In this document: positions 54,864-64,000 of the stretch, piece after piece | Layout of the letters: the number at the start of each line of letters is the position of its first letter | How positions within the stretch are numbered: the first letter of the stretch is position 1 | DNA from: Candidatus Omnitrophota bacterium | GTDB taxonomy: Bacteria; Omnitrophota; Gorgyraeia; JAHIPI01 | NCBI GenBank assembly: GCA_016783745.1 | Contig: JADHVZ010000007.1 | Coordinates: 259 to 64,258 of the forward strand | Direction: 5' to 3' | Length of the DNA: 64,000 nt | Position numbers and translations under genes: made by a program | The notes under the pieces: generated by a model | Seen by the model: only the letters and a program-made list of their open reading frames with translations | What the model was told of the DNA's origin: nothing | The model's database searches: none

Positions 54864-56072
54864 ATGGCGCAAATACAAAACCTAAAAACCGAAAACAAAT
54901 TCAAAAAGACCGAAATTGGCGATATTCCGGTTGATTGGGAAATAGCCGAGCTTGGTAAAATCACACAAATTGTAATGGGGCAATCTCCGCCATCATCGAC
55001 CTACTTTGATTATGAAAATGGAATACCATTTTTTCAGGGCAAGGCAGAGTTTGGAGTAAAATATCCAAAGATAACTAAGTGGTGTAATGAACCACGCAAA
55101 CTTGCAGAGAAGGACGATACTTTAATTAGTGTAAGAGCTCCAGTAGGTGATGTAAATATTGCGCCTGAGAAATGCTGTATTGGGAGAGGCCTTGCAGCCA
55201 TTAGAGGTGTTAGCGCTTATAATAATTTCATATATTTTGTGATGTTTTCAGCAAGAGATATTTTAGCAAAGATAGGGCAGGGCAGCACCTTCGAGGCAAT
55301 AAACAAGGATGTTCTATTCAAGTTAAAAGTAACCGTTCCCCCTATTCGCGAACAACAAAAAATCGCCAAAATCCTATCAACTGTCGATGATGCCATTGAC
55401 AAGAGCGGTAAAGTCACTGAAAAAACAAAACAGCTCAAAAGAGGCCTGATGCAGGAGCTCTTGTCCCATGGCATCGGGCATAAGAAATTTAAAAAGACAA
55501 AAATTGGCGAGATTCCCTCGCACTGGAAAGTAGCGAAGATTGAAAATTGTTGTGACATTCTTGACTCTCAACGCATTCCTTTAAATGACGTTACTAGGCG
55601 TGATATGAAAGGACCCTTTCCTTATTACGGTGCAAATGGGCTTTTAGATAGCGTAAACAAGTATATTTTTGATGATGACTTAATCTTGATGGCGGAAGAT
55701 GGAGGGTATTTTGATGAATATAAAACCAGACCTATTGCATATCTTGTAAACGGTAAATGCTGGGTGAATAATCATGCTCATGTTTTACGAGCAAAAAAAG
55801 AATACTGTCGCGAATGGATATATTATAGCATTGTCCATAAAAATATATTGCAGTACATTGGGGGTGGCACACGCGCGAAACTCAACCAAAAAGAATTAAG
55901 AGCTATCCCGATATTAGCGCCCCCATTATTCGAACAAAAACAAATTGCCGAGATTTTATCCTCAGTTGATGATAGAATAGAGAAAGAAAATGTGAATAAG
56001 GAATGGCTGGAAAAACTCAAAAAAGGTTTGATGCAAGTACTGCTAACAGGAAAAGTGAGAGTAAAGATATAA
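54864..56072 (+). CDS. hsdS: Type I restriction-modification system specificity subunit
   Basis: Two target-recognition domains separated and followed by the conserved coiled-coil repeats (...LKRGLMQELLSHG... and ...LKKGLMQVLLTGK...). Confidence 0.85.
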   Translation: MAQIQNLKTENKFKKTEIGDIPVDWEIAELGKITQIVMGQSPPSSTYFDYENGIPFFQGKAEFGVKYPKITKWCNEPRKLAEKDDTLISVRAPVGDVNIAPEKCCIGRGLAAIRGVSAYNNFIYFVMFSARDILAKIGQGSTFEAINKDVLFKLKVTVPPIREQQKIAKILSTVDDAIDKSGKVTEKTKQLKRGLMQELLSHGIGHKKFKKTKIGEIPSHWKVAKIENCCDILDSQRIPLNDVTRRDMKGPFPYYGANGLLDSVNKYIFDDDLILMAEDGGYFDEYKTRPIAYLVNGKCWVNNHAHVLRAKKEYCREWIYYSIVHKNILQYIGGGTRAKLNQKELRAIPILAPPLFEQKQIAEILSSVDDRIEKENVNKEWLEKLKKGLMQVLLTGKVRVKI

Positions 56073-56074
56073 TT

Positions 56075-58555
56075 ATGCCAAAGCCAAAATTCAACGAAGA
56101 CACATTGTCAGAACAACCTCTCATAAAACAGCTCCATGAGCGGATGGGCTATGAATATATTCATGGAGACAATCTTGACCCTGATTTGCATGATGAATGT
56201 GAGCGCAAGTCACGTAGAGAAGTTATTCTGGTTGAGCGGTTGAAAAAGAAGCTCAAAGAGATTAACGATAATTTAACAGATGAATCAGTCGACAAGGCAA
56301 TACGCAAGATTACTCATATCCAGGCGGAGACCGCGCTTGAGGCAAATAAGATATTCCACAGCCGTTTGATTTCCGGGGTTTCAGTTGAGCAGGATGTGGG
56401 CGCGAGGCGGCAGAATGTAACAGTAAATTTTATAGACTTTAAGGATATTGGTAAAAATGAGTTTTTGGCTGTCAATCAATTTTGGGTAAGGGGCCCTAAA
56501 GAAACCTGCAGGCCGGATGTAGTTATTTTTATAAACGGTGTGCCCATAGTTGTCATTGAGTGTAAAAGCCCCGTAGCTAAAGACACAGGTGTTATTGACG
56601 CACAGCGCCAGTTAAGGCGCTATCAAAGAGATATTCCAGACCTATTCAGGACAAATGAAATTCTCATAGGCTGTAATCTTTTTGGCGCAAAATACGGGAC
56701 CATAGAAGCCCCTGAAGACAAATACCACGAATGGAAGGAGCAGGGTAAAGAGAAATTACCAAATATGGCCGAGCACCCTTCGGTGAAAGAGATGCTCAGA
56801 TTAGGACTGATTGACAAAAAAGACATAGGCAAACATCCTCCGATGCAGGAAATCCTCGCAGCGGCGGTACTCAATAAGAAAAATTTGTGCGATATAGTGC
56901 GGAATTTTATTGTTTTTGATTATGACAAAGAAAGCCATAAAGTAATTAAAAAGATTTGCCGTTATCAGCAGTTTACAGCTGTTAACAAAATTGTAAGGCG
57001 TGTTGTAGAAGAACCTGATAAGAAAGGAATTATTTGGCATTGGCAGGGTTCCGGCAAGTCGCTTATTATGGTCTTTGCCGCCATTAAATTAAGGCGGGAA
57101 GAAGAAAAGCTTAAGAACCCAATTATTCTGATTGTTACAGATAGGACTAAGCTGGATAGGCAAATAACAGAAAACTTCCAGAATTGTAATTTTCCAAATC
57201 CCCAGCGAGCCAAAAACATGAAGGAGTTGTACGCCTTACTTAAAAGTGGCACAGGCAACACTATTATGACTACTGTTCAGAAATTCAGGGCTGTTTTGGA
57301 TAAACCGTTATCACAAGAAGAGAATATTATTGTTATGACTGATGAAGCTCACAGGACTCAATACGGCGCCTTTGCCCTTAACTTACGAAAGGCATTGCCG
57401 AATGCGGGCTTTTTCGCGTTTACCGGCACGCCGCTCAATAAGCGGGACAGGAATACATACCGCCATTTCAGCCCGTCGCATGAACGTTATTTAGATAGAT
57501 ATGATATGCGCCAATCTAAGGAAGATGGGGCAACGGTCGATGTCAAGTACGAAGGCCGTATGGCTAATCTGCAGGTTGTTTGCGCCTCAATTGATAAACT
57601 TTTAAAAGAACTGTTTCCCGAAAAGACAAGCAGAGAAATTGCCGAGATTAAAAGGCGGTATGCCCGCATTGACACGATTTTAGAAGCGCCTCGTAGAATA
57701 GAACGGGTCGCTATGGATATCGTAACTCACTATAATGCTAAAATTGCGCCTAACGGTTTTAAGGCAATGATTGTTACTAACAGCCGGAAAGCTGCGGACA
57801 AATATAAGAAAACGCTTGATAAGCTAATAGATCCCTCCTGGTCAACGATTGTTATGACAGTAGATAATGATAGCCCGCAAGAATGGAAAGATAACTATAA
57901 GAGGACGCCCACAGAAGAAGAACACCTTACAGGCAAGGAAGTGTTTCAGAATCCGTCAAACCCTTTAAAATTTCTTATAGTCTGCGATAAACTATTGACG
58001 GGTTTTGACGCGCCTATTATGCAGGTTATATATCTTGACCAAAGGATGAAAGAACATGGACTTTTGCAGGCAATTGCAAGGACAAACAGGCCATACCCCA
58101 GAAAGAATTTCGGCTTAGTTGTAGATTATGCCGGGGTCGGGAAAGAATTAACACAGGCTCTGGCGATATTTGACAGAGAGGATCTTGACGGGCTTTTTAG
58201 CGTCGATGATATAAAGAAAGAATTAGCATCTATGAACGATGCCCACAGAAAGATAATGTGTATATTTAAGAAAATCAAACGCGAAAACAAGCCTAGTGAA
58301 GTAATTCAGCAGCGGGAGACTAAAAAGCTAATAATAAATCTGCTTTTTAAAAACATCAAAATCTCCCCCAAACGTCTTTTTTCTTTTAATTTCTTCGCCC
58401 CCTTCAATTTTTTCTTTTTTGAGGAAAAACAAAAATGTCAAGTCGTGAATTTACAAAGGGTTATGAAAAATCGCCCCCGAAGGTCTTTATCCGGACTTTC
58501 GGATAGGGGATGGGTGAGTAAATTTGGGTTATTTCTTCCAGGATATCGGGGATAG
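56075..58555 (+). CDS. hsdR: Type I restriction enzyme R subunit, apparently 3-prime truncated
   Basis: HsdR_N nuclease-like N-terminus, helicase motif I (WHWQGSGKS), motif II (TDEAH) and motif VI (QAIARTNR). Only about 110 plausible residues follow motif VI, whereas about 300 are typical. The ORF tail (FFAPFNFFFF...) is non-protein-like and overlaps the convergent trkH. Confidence 0.75.
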   Translation: MPKPKFNEDTLSEQPLIKQLHERMGYEYIHGDNLDPDLHDECERKSRREVILVERLKKKLKEINDNLTDESVDKAIRKITHIQAETALEANKIFHSRLISGVSVEQDVGARRQNVTVNFIDFKDIGKNEFLAVNQFWVRGPKETCRPDVVIFINGVPIVVIECKSPVAKDTGVIDAQRQLRRYQRDIPDLFRTNEILIGCNLFGAKYGTIEAPEDKYHEWKEQGKEKLPNMAEHPSVKEMLRLGLIDKKDIGKHPPMQEILAAAVLNKKNLCDIVRNFIVFDYDKESHKVIKKICRYQQFTAVNKIVRRVVEEPDKKGIIWHWQGSGKSLIMVFAAIKLRREEEKLKNPIILIVTDRTKLDRQITENFQNCNFPNPQRAKNMKELYALLKSGTGNTIMTTVQKFRAVLDKPLSQEENIIVMTDEAHRTQYGAFALNLRKALPNAGFFAFTGTPLNKRDRNTYRHFSPSHERYLDRYDMRQSKEDGATVDVKYEGRMANLQVVCASIDKLLKELFPEKTSREIAEIKRRYARIDTILEAPRRIERVAMDIVTHYNAKIAPNGFKAMIVTNSRKAADKYKKTLDKLIDPSWSTIVMTVDNDSPQEWKDNYKRTPTEEEHLTGKEVFQNPSNPLKFLIVCDKLLTGFDAPIMQVIYLDQRMKEHGLLQAIARTNRPYPRKNFGLVVDYAGVGKELTQALAIFDREDLDGLFSVDDIKKELASMNDAHRKIMCIFKKIKRENKPSEVIQQRETKKLIINLLFKNIKISPKRLFSFNFFAPFNFFFFEEKQKCQVVNLQRVMKNRPRRSLSGLSDRGWVSKFGLFLPGYRG

Positions 58556-60074
58556 GGCTATGAGGACTGTGTAGATCTCTAGTCGGCCCAGCAACATGCA
58601 GAAGACCAGGACCCACTTTCCGCCGATCGGGATCCAGGCGTAATTCTCTGTCGCGCCGATACCTGATAGGCCCGGGCCTATGTTACACATGGTCGCCGCG
58701 ACAGTAGTAAAAGAGGTGGTAAAATCTCCTATAAAAAAGCTCATGATCAGCGAACAAACAGTAAATAGCGCCAGGAAAAGCACGACAAAACCTACGATGC
58801 TGGCTACCTGCCTGTCTTCTATCGTTTTCTTCGCTATCTTGACCGGCGCTATGATCCTGGGCTGAATAATCGTCCTTATCTCCCTGAAAGCGCTTTTAAT
58901 AGTGACCATGACCCTTACCATCTTTATACCGCCGCCGGTCGAGCCGGCACATCCTCCGAAAAACATAAGGACGACCAGCATATAACGGATAAAATTAGGC
59001 CATATATCAAAATCCGCAGTGCAGTATCCCGTAGTAGTAGTGATCGACACTACCTGGAATGCCGCGTGGCGCAGCCTGCCGCCAAAAGAGTCTATTTTTG
59101 TTCCTTCAATATTTATTTTTTCAGTAATAGCCTCTTCGGTCAAGGGCCGGCTGCGATAGCTTCTGCTTATCTGTTCCCGAGAATTAATGCCGCTTGATTG
59201 AAGGACAAATGTACTCAGTAAAACCGCTATTAAGATAACAGCCAGGTAGAAATGGAGTTCTTTATTGCTTCTGAGGAGGGTGAATTTTCTTCCGAATAAG
59301 ATCCTGTAGTGAATGACAAAATTCATGCCGGCGAAAAACATAAATATAATGATCACCCACTCTATAAAGGCGCTGTTATAGGCCCCTATAGACGCGTTCT
59401 TTGTGGAAAATCCGCCGGTAGCCATGGTGCCGAATGAATGACATATCGCGTCAAAAAACGTCATTCCGCCTATTTTGAGAAGGGCTGTTTCGATCAAAGT
59501 CAGCACAACATAAGTCCCCCCACAGGATCTTCGCGGTCTGCGCAAGCCGGGGTTTAAGCCGTTCAGCGGCAGGCCCCGGGACTTCACCCCGAAACATCTG
59601 GTATCCGGCGATGCCAAAAACCGGTAATATAGCAAGGGCAAGGGTTATAATACCCATCCCGCCCAGCCAGTGCGTTAAGCTCCGCCAGAAAAGTATACCC
59701 TGCGGCAATCCCTCGATCTCGGTCATGATGGTGGCGCCGGTAGTGGTAAAACCGCTCATGATCTCGAAGTAGGCGTCAGTAAAGGCGTGTGTAAAAACAC
59801 TCAATGTGAGGCCTCCGGCCTGAGAAAGAAAATAGGCCGTAAGAGGTATGCAACCGAAAAGCGTTAACAAAAACCAGCCAAATGTCACTATGGCAAACCC
59901 TTCTCTTATGCCGGTTCCCGTCAACTCGTTTTTTCCGAAGAGTTTAAGGATGTTTCCGAATATAAATGAAGCTGCTATAGCGATAATAAAACCGAAAAGC
60001 CTGTGATCAAAAATAACTGCGGGAAAATTTCTTGAGGGGATCTCGAAGAACGCTATTAATGCCGGCACGATCAA
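58529..60074 (-). pseudogene. trkH: TrkH/KtrB-family K+ uptake protein, split by a frameshift
   Basis: ORF 59451..60074 encodes the N-terminal half up to ...[12 protein letters not shown] 58529..59641 resumes in another frame at [33 protein letters not shown]. The roughly 190-nt overlap contains the frameshift. Confidence 0.7.
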
Positions 60075-61374
60075 CAGATATGAAAGGATCTCCAGCAGTT
60101 TCCCTATCGAATAGGTATGGAATGATCACTTTATCTTCACGCACAATAGCGCCGACAATAATGGATTTCTTGAATGACGTATCAAGTTCCCGTAAAGATT
60201 TGCCGGTGACGAAACTGCGCCTGCCCGCTTTAAGGCGCAGGATCTCAATGGCGGCTGTCTTCAGTTTTAGGCATGTGCCGATAGGGGCTATCTGGATGTT
60301 TTCTATGATCATATTAGCCGTTATTTCCTGAGGATTGACTACGTGGTCTATCCCCAGAGAGTCAAAGAGCCCTATATAACGATCGTCATTTCTGAGGGCG
60401 ATGACCATATCGGCTCCCGTATTTTTTGCCATTAGACACGACATGATATTATCCTCCGAGTCTTTACCCGCGGCGATAAAGCAATCGGCATGCTCGATGT
60501 GCAGGTCCTGCAGGATCTCGCTGTTCGTACAATCACCATGGAAGACCTGGACGCCATCAAGTATCGTGGCCGCCATATTTCCGTGATCATGGTCCGGATC
60601 GATAAGTAATATCTGCTCACCTAAAGGTTTTAATGTCTTAGCAAGGTTGATGGCTATCAAAGATTCGCCCGATATCACGATCTTCTTCAGCTTGGCGGAT
60701 CTGCTGCCTATGAGTAGACGAAAATCCTTAAATGATTCTTTAGGCATAATAGCTACGATCTTATCTCCGGGTGAAAGCCTCTGGCTTCCTATAGGGGGCA
60801 GACTCTTCTCATCGCGTATGATCGCTACTATAAGTATGGGTGAGGGCGCGGACATCTGTTTTACTTCGGCAAGCGTTTTATTAGCAATAGGCATATTTTC
60901 GGTTACGCGATAATCACGAAGGTAGATATTTCCTGACTGAAAATTCGCCGTCTCGATAACACCCGGCAATTCAACATATTGAAGGATCTTCTTCGCCACT
61001 TCCCGTTCAGGCTCTATTACATTGGTAACGCCCAGCTTTTTGAGATCGACACAGAAGGCGGTAGTATACATATCGGATTTGAGCCTTGCGATGCGCTTTT
61101 CAACACCGTTCTGCATAGCAAAGTTACAAGCCAGCAGATTGGTCTCATCATCAGGAGTGACGGCAATAAGCATGTCCGCAGATTTTATTCCGGCAGCCTC
61201 AAGAATGGCGGGAGAACTGCCCTTGCCCATCACCACAAGGATATCAAGCTTTCTTTTTATCTGTTCACAAAGAGACTTATCCTGCTCGATGATAGAAATA
61301 TGGTATTGCAGGTTGTAGAAATATTCAGCCAGGCTGAATCCCACTGTCCCCGCGCCGACGATAATGATATCCAT
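60007..61374 (-). CDS. trkA: Trk system K+ uptake protein TrkA (two RCK/NAD-binding domains)
   Basis: [12 protein letters not shown] Rossmann start, a second GxGxxG-like half, and a length of about 455 aa. Confidence 0.85.
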   Translation of the reverse strand: MDIIIVGAGTVGFSLAEYFYNLQYHISIIEQDKSLCEQIKRKLDILVVMGKGSSPAILEAAGIKSADMLIAVTPDDETNLLACNFAMQNGVEKRIARLKSDMYTTAFCVDLKKLGVTNVIEPEREVAKKILQYVELPGVIETANFQSGNIYLRDYRVTENMPIANKTLAEVKQMSAPSPILIVAIIRDEKSLPPIGSQRLSPGDKIVAIMPKESFKDFRLLIGSRSAKLKKIVISGESLIAINLAKTLKPLGEQILLIDPDHDHGNMAATILDGVQVFHGDCTNSEILQDLHIEHADCFIAAGKDSEDNIMSCLMAKNTGADMVIALRNDDRYIGLFDSLGIDHVVNPQEITANMIIENIQIAPIGTCLKLKTAAIEILRLKAGRRSFVTGKSLRELDTSFKKSIIVGAIVREDKVIIPYLFDRETAGDPFISVDRAGINSVLRDPLKKFSRSYF

Positions 61375-61468
61375 ATCATATTCTCCCGATAATCGGATAA
61401 TAGGTTACAATATAAGCTGTTTATTGTCGAGAGATTAAGCAGTTAAAGGAAGGTCACAAGGGGCTATT

Positions 61469-62170
61469 TTAATCCGCCAACGCGTTTAACTTTTCCTGCG
61501 TCAGGTCTCTCAGGCGGGAAAAATCGCCGGCCTTAAGGTCTGTGGTGTCGATCGGCGGAAGAACCGTCAGCTTTCCGTTTACCTTGGCCTTAAAGACCCA
61601 GCTGCCCTTAGGTATAGCGTCCCTCGTACCGCTTATGCAGACCGGAAGGATCGGTTTCTTTTCTTTTATAGCGAGCTTAAAGGCGCCGTTCTGGAACTTG
61701 TTCATATCATCCGTATCGCTGCGCGTGCCTTCCGGAAAAAAGAGTACGGACATGCCGTTTCTCAGCCATAAAGCGGCCTCACGATATATCTTTTTAATAC
61801 TCCCGAAATCCCCCCGGGAAAGCACAATATGGTCACCGACCCAGATCAGGCCTCCGATAAACGGTATGTTGAGCAGGCTCTTCTTCGCCACCCATTTGAA
61901 CTGCATACGGGTCTTATACATAACGACGATATCGGCCAGGCTCTGATGGTTGGCCACTATCACATACGTCTGATCGCGAACGATATTCTCCAGCCCCTTT
62001 ACTTCAAGGCCCCAATACGGGTTCAGGCCTAAAAGGGCATCTGCCCACCAGAAGCACTGTGCGTGGACGATCCTTCTCTGCTTATCGAAAGGATAGAGCA
62101 CTATTCGCAAGAAAAGGCTCACTAAATAGACCAACATAGTTAAAAAAGCGCTGGCCACCCATATCGCCAT
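61469..62170 (-). CDS. plsC: 1-acyl-sn-glycerol-3-phosphate acyltransferase
   Basis: Acyltransferase motifs HQSLADIV (HxxxxD) and FPEGTRS, preceded by an N-terminal TM. Confidence 0.8.
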   Translation of the reverse strand: MAIWVASAFLTMLVYLVSLFLRIVLYPFDKQRRIVHAQCFWWADALLGLNPYWGLEVKGLENIVRDQTYVIVANHQSLADIVVMYKTRMQFKWVAKKSLLNIPFIGGLIWVGDHIVLSRGDFGSIKKIYREAALWLRNGMSVLFFPEGTRSDTDDMNKFQNGAFKLAIKEKKPILPVCISGTRDAIPKGSWVFKAKVNGKLTVLPPIDTTDLKAGDFSRLRDLTQEKLNALAD

Positions 62171-62388
62171 TGATTTTATACTTTGCGGGAAAAGCTGTAT
62201 TGGGTTAGTTATTATTAAACTCCTTTATACTTATATACTTAAAGTGTGACTTGACAGCTTTGGTCCTGATCACGGCGCTCTTGTGTCTGATTAAATTTTC
62301 TTGCACTTGTGTCATTATTGCATAAACTTAAACACAATTCAAGAACTTATCCATGAAGATTGCCATATCCATATAGTTCCGGGCAGCT

Positions 62389-62916
62389 TTATTCGGGGTA
62401 ATTTTTTAAACGCTGTAAAAAACGTTTATATAGGAAATAAAGGCCGACAAGGACGATAAATCCGACGATCATCTCCTTTGTCGATCGCTGGTTCATGAAC
62501 TCGATGTAGCCTTCTTTTTCGACTTCCGGCCGTAATAGAATCGGGCCTTTTTTCATCGTTTGATCAGTTTCAAATGGCCTCTTTCTCACCTGTGGCCTTT
62601 CCCATCTGGCCTTCCTCAGTATGCGCTGCTTCTCCTTCTTGATCTCCTTTATGCCTCCGCCCTCTGTGCCTAACCCGCTTTCTGAAGGTACGTACTTCCT
62701 TGTTGGAGCTACTTGCTCATAATCGACTGTCCCGGCCCGCTCGCCGCGTTCCAGCTCTTCCTCCGGCGCCTGTGCGTCGTCTGAAGCTTCTCTGAATTCA
62801 ATACCCTCGCCCCGCTCTATCGGCATAAGCGCTTGCAGAGAATATGGCATTGCCAAAAGAACAATAAATATAAATAAGACGATTAAAATAGGATTTATTT
62901 TGACATTCTTATTCAT
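62389..62916 (-). CDS. Hypothetical secreted/bitopic protein (signal peptide, charged Glu/Arg-rich middle, C-terminal TM)
   Basis: Only compositional and topological features are visible. No family motif. Confidence 0.3.
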   Translation of the reverse strand: MNKNVKINPILIVLFIFIVLLAMPYSLQALMPIERGEGIEFREASDDAQAPEEELERGERAGTVDYEQVAPTRKYVPSESGLGTEGGGIKEIKKEKQRILRKARWERPQVRKRPFETDQTMKKGPILLRPEVEKEGYIEFMNQRSTKEMIVGFIVLVGLYFLYKRFLQRLKNYPE

Positions 62917-62940
62917 GCCTGGCTCCTATAAGATGAACCA

Positions 62941-64000
62941 TTAGGGCGCTTCTTCCCACCAGCCGACCACTTCCGCATGTTCTGAGAACGGCAGTTCCAG
63001 ATCGATCAGCCAGTTAGGATCGTCATTATATCTACTGTGGAGCCTTTCATCGTAATTCATGGTTATGGTGTAATAGGAAGCTACCGCTTCGTCTTTGGAG
63101 ATTATCGCGCCGTTGACGACTATTCTGTTGCCCCACCCCGCGAGTGAGTGATTGGTGTAAAATATGCCTTCAATCTTACTGATATTATCTGTGGCAATAT
63201 CGTTGAATTCTTCGACACCCTCCGGAACATTGTTAAAAGCGGTGATGTCGGCCCCCGTCTGCACGTCTGTCCAGCTATAATTCTCATCGAATACGCCGTC
63301 TTCGTCGAGGTCTTCATAGCCGGCCTGAAATGTCCCGTCATCCTCTCCGGTATCATCGGTATCGGGAATGCCGTCTTGCCCGACATCCTCGCTGCCCATG
63401 CCGAAAAGGTAATTGTTGGCCAGCCACTGCCAATTGCCGCTTGTATAGTCTCCCATGACAATATTCTCGGAAGCCGCAAAACCAACGATATCCTTACCGG
63501 CATTGTCATCCACCCATTGGTTTATCGTCTCAATGTCATCGGAAGAAGGCCTGGAAGTATTTGGAGGATCATCGTATTCTATGTTTCCCGCAACATAGAG
63601 ATTCCTTCCCGCATAGATCGTCCCTTGTCCGGTCACGTTGCCCCTGATGACGACATCTCCTCTCACCACAACAGGACCGTTTATCTCTATCGGCTGATCC
63701 GGTGTCCCTATCAATACGATGTTACCGCTTTCTCCTTCGTCGTCCCCATACACACCGCTTACGATGGTGGTGCCGCCTGATGAGATAACGCCCTCTTTCG
63801 CCGTGGCCCTTGTTTCATAGTAGGTCAAATCCCGCAGGTTAGGCATCTCCAGGATAGGCGAATTCGGATGCTGATAAATATACTCGCCATCCTGTACCGT
63901 GCCGGCTTTACCCAATACATTCTCTCCGCCGCCGATCTCCTGTCCGGCATATATCTCCCCTTCGACGGTCGGACCGTAGCGGAAGTCGAATCTACCGTTT
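62941..64000 (-). CDS. Secreted Asp-rich calcium-binding-repeat protein (5-prime partial; runs off the window edge)
   Basis: The reading frame stays open from 63915 to position 64000 with no stop. Contains DGIPDTDDTGEDDG thrombospondin-type-3-like acidic repeats and a beta-helix-like N-terminal part. Confidence 0.4.
   Translation of the reverse strand, partial: NGRFDFRYGPTVEGEIYAGQEIGGGENVLGKAGTVQDGEYIYQHPNSPILEMPNLRDLTYYETRATAKEGVISSGGTTIVSGVYGDDEGESGNIVLIGTPDQPIEINGPVVVRGDVVIRGNVTGQGTIYAGRNLYVAGNIEYDDPPNTSRPSSDDIETINQWVDDNAGKDIVGFAASENIVMGDYTSGNWQWLANNYLFGMGSEDVGQDGIPDTDDTGEDDGTFQAGYEDLDEDGVFDENYSWTDVQTGADITAFNNVPEGVEEFNDIATDNISKIEGIFYTNHSLAGWGNRIVVNGAIISKDEAVASYYTITMNYDERLHSRYNDDPNWLIDLELPFSEHAEVVGWWEEAP

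Noticed and set aside
50496-58484. 13-bp direct repeat CGCCCCCGAAGGT flanking the R-M island as att-like sites
   Set aside because: About 30 coincidental 13-mer pairs are expected in 64 kb, so the repeat alone is not significant. It is kept only as a weak supporting note.

Overview
This 64 kb window comes from a low-GC bacterial genome (around 45% GC) and is dense with secreted multidomain proteins. Its gene content resembles uncultivated lineages such as Omnitrophota or CPR-like bacteria, but I cannot verify taxonomy from the sequence alone.

- **Housekeeping core.** A tightly packed minus-strand run holds gcvT-gcvH-gcvPA-gcvPB, a lipoate ligase, pta, hldD and a cupin/radical-SAM gene. Elsewhere I see fur-feoA-feoB with a recognisable sigma70 promoter and Fur box, and lexA plus a Y-family polymerase behind a textbook GAAC-N4-GTTC SOS box. 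mnmG, glnS, trkA/trkH and plsC are also present.
- **Envelope and glycosylation genes.** Two divergent GT39-like glycosyltransferases sit at the start of the window. Further in are a GT9 heptosyltransferase next to a radical-SAM/SPASM enzyme, and an exbB-exbD-TPR-VWA operon that lacks a canonical tonB.
- **Surface proteins.** There is a 1676-aa protein combining a glycoside hydrolase, about eight PKD domains and a beta-helix, and an 886-aa beta-helix protein.
- **Mobile and repeat content.** An IS701-family transposase lies beside a tRNA-Arg(ACG). Upstream of that tRNA are about 3.5 tandem 46-bp repeats that each copy the tRNA's 5-prime nonamer. Two identical 40-bp REP-like palindromes sit 19 kb apart, and a 153-bp MITE-like element carries perfect 20-bp terminal inverted repeats.
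- **Most interesting locus (about 49.4–59.7 kb).** A Type I R-M operon (hsdM-hsdS-hsdR) has two unknown genes wedged between hsdM and hsdS: a minimal nucleotidyltransferase-fold protein and a winged-helix protein. radC lies immediately upstream. The locus is preceded by a GC-rich, highly structured candidate ncRNA region that ends in a terminator. Both flanks look decayed: an N-terminally truncated PKD gene, a 3-prime-truncated hsdR and a frameshifted trkH. This pattern suggests a defence island.
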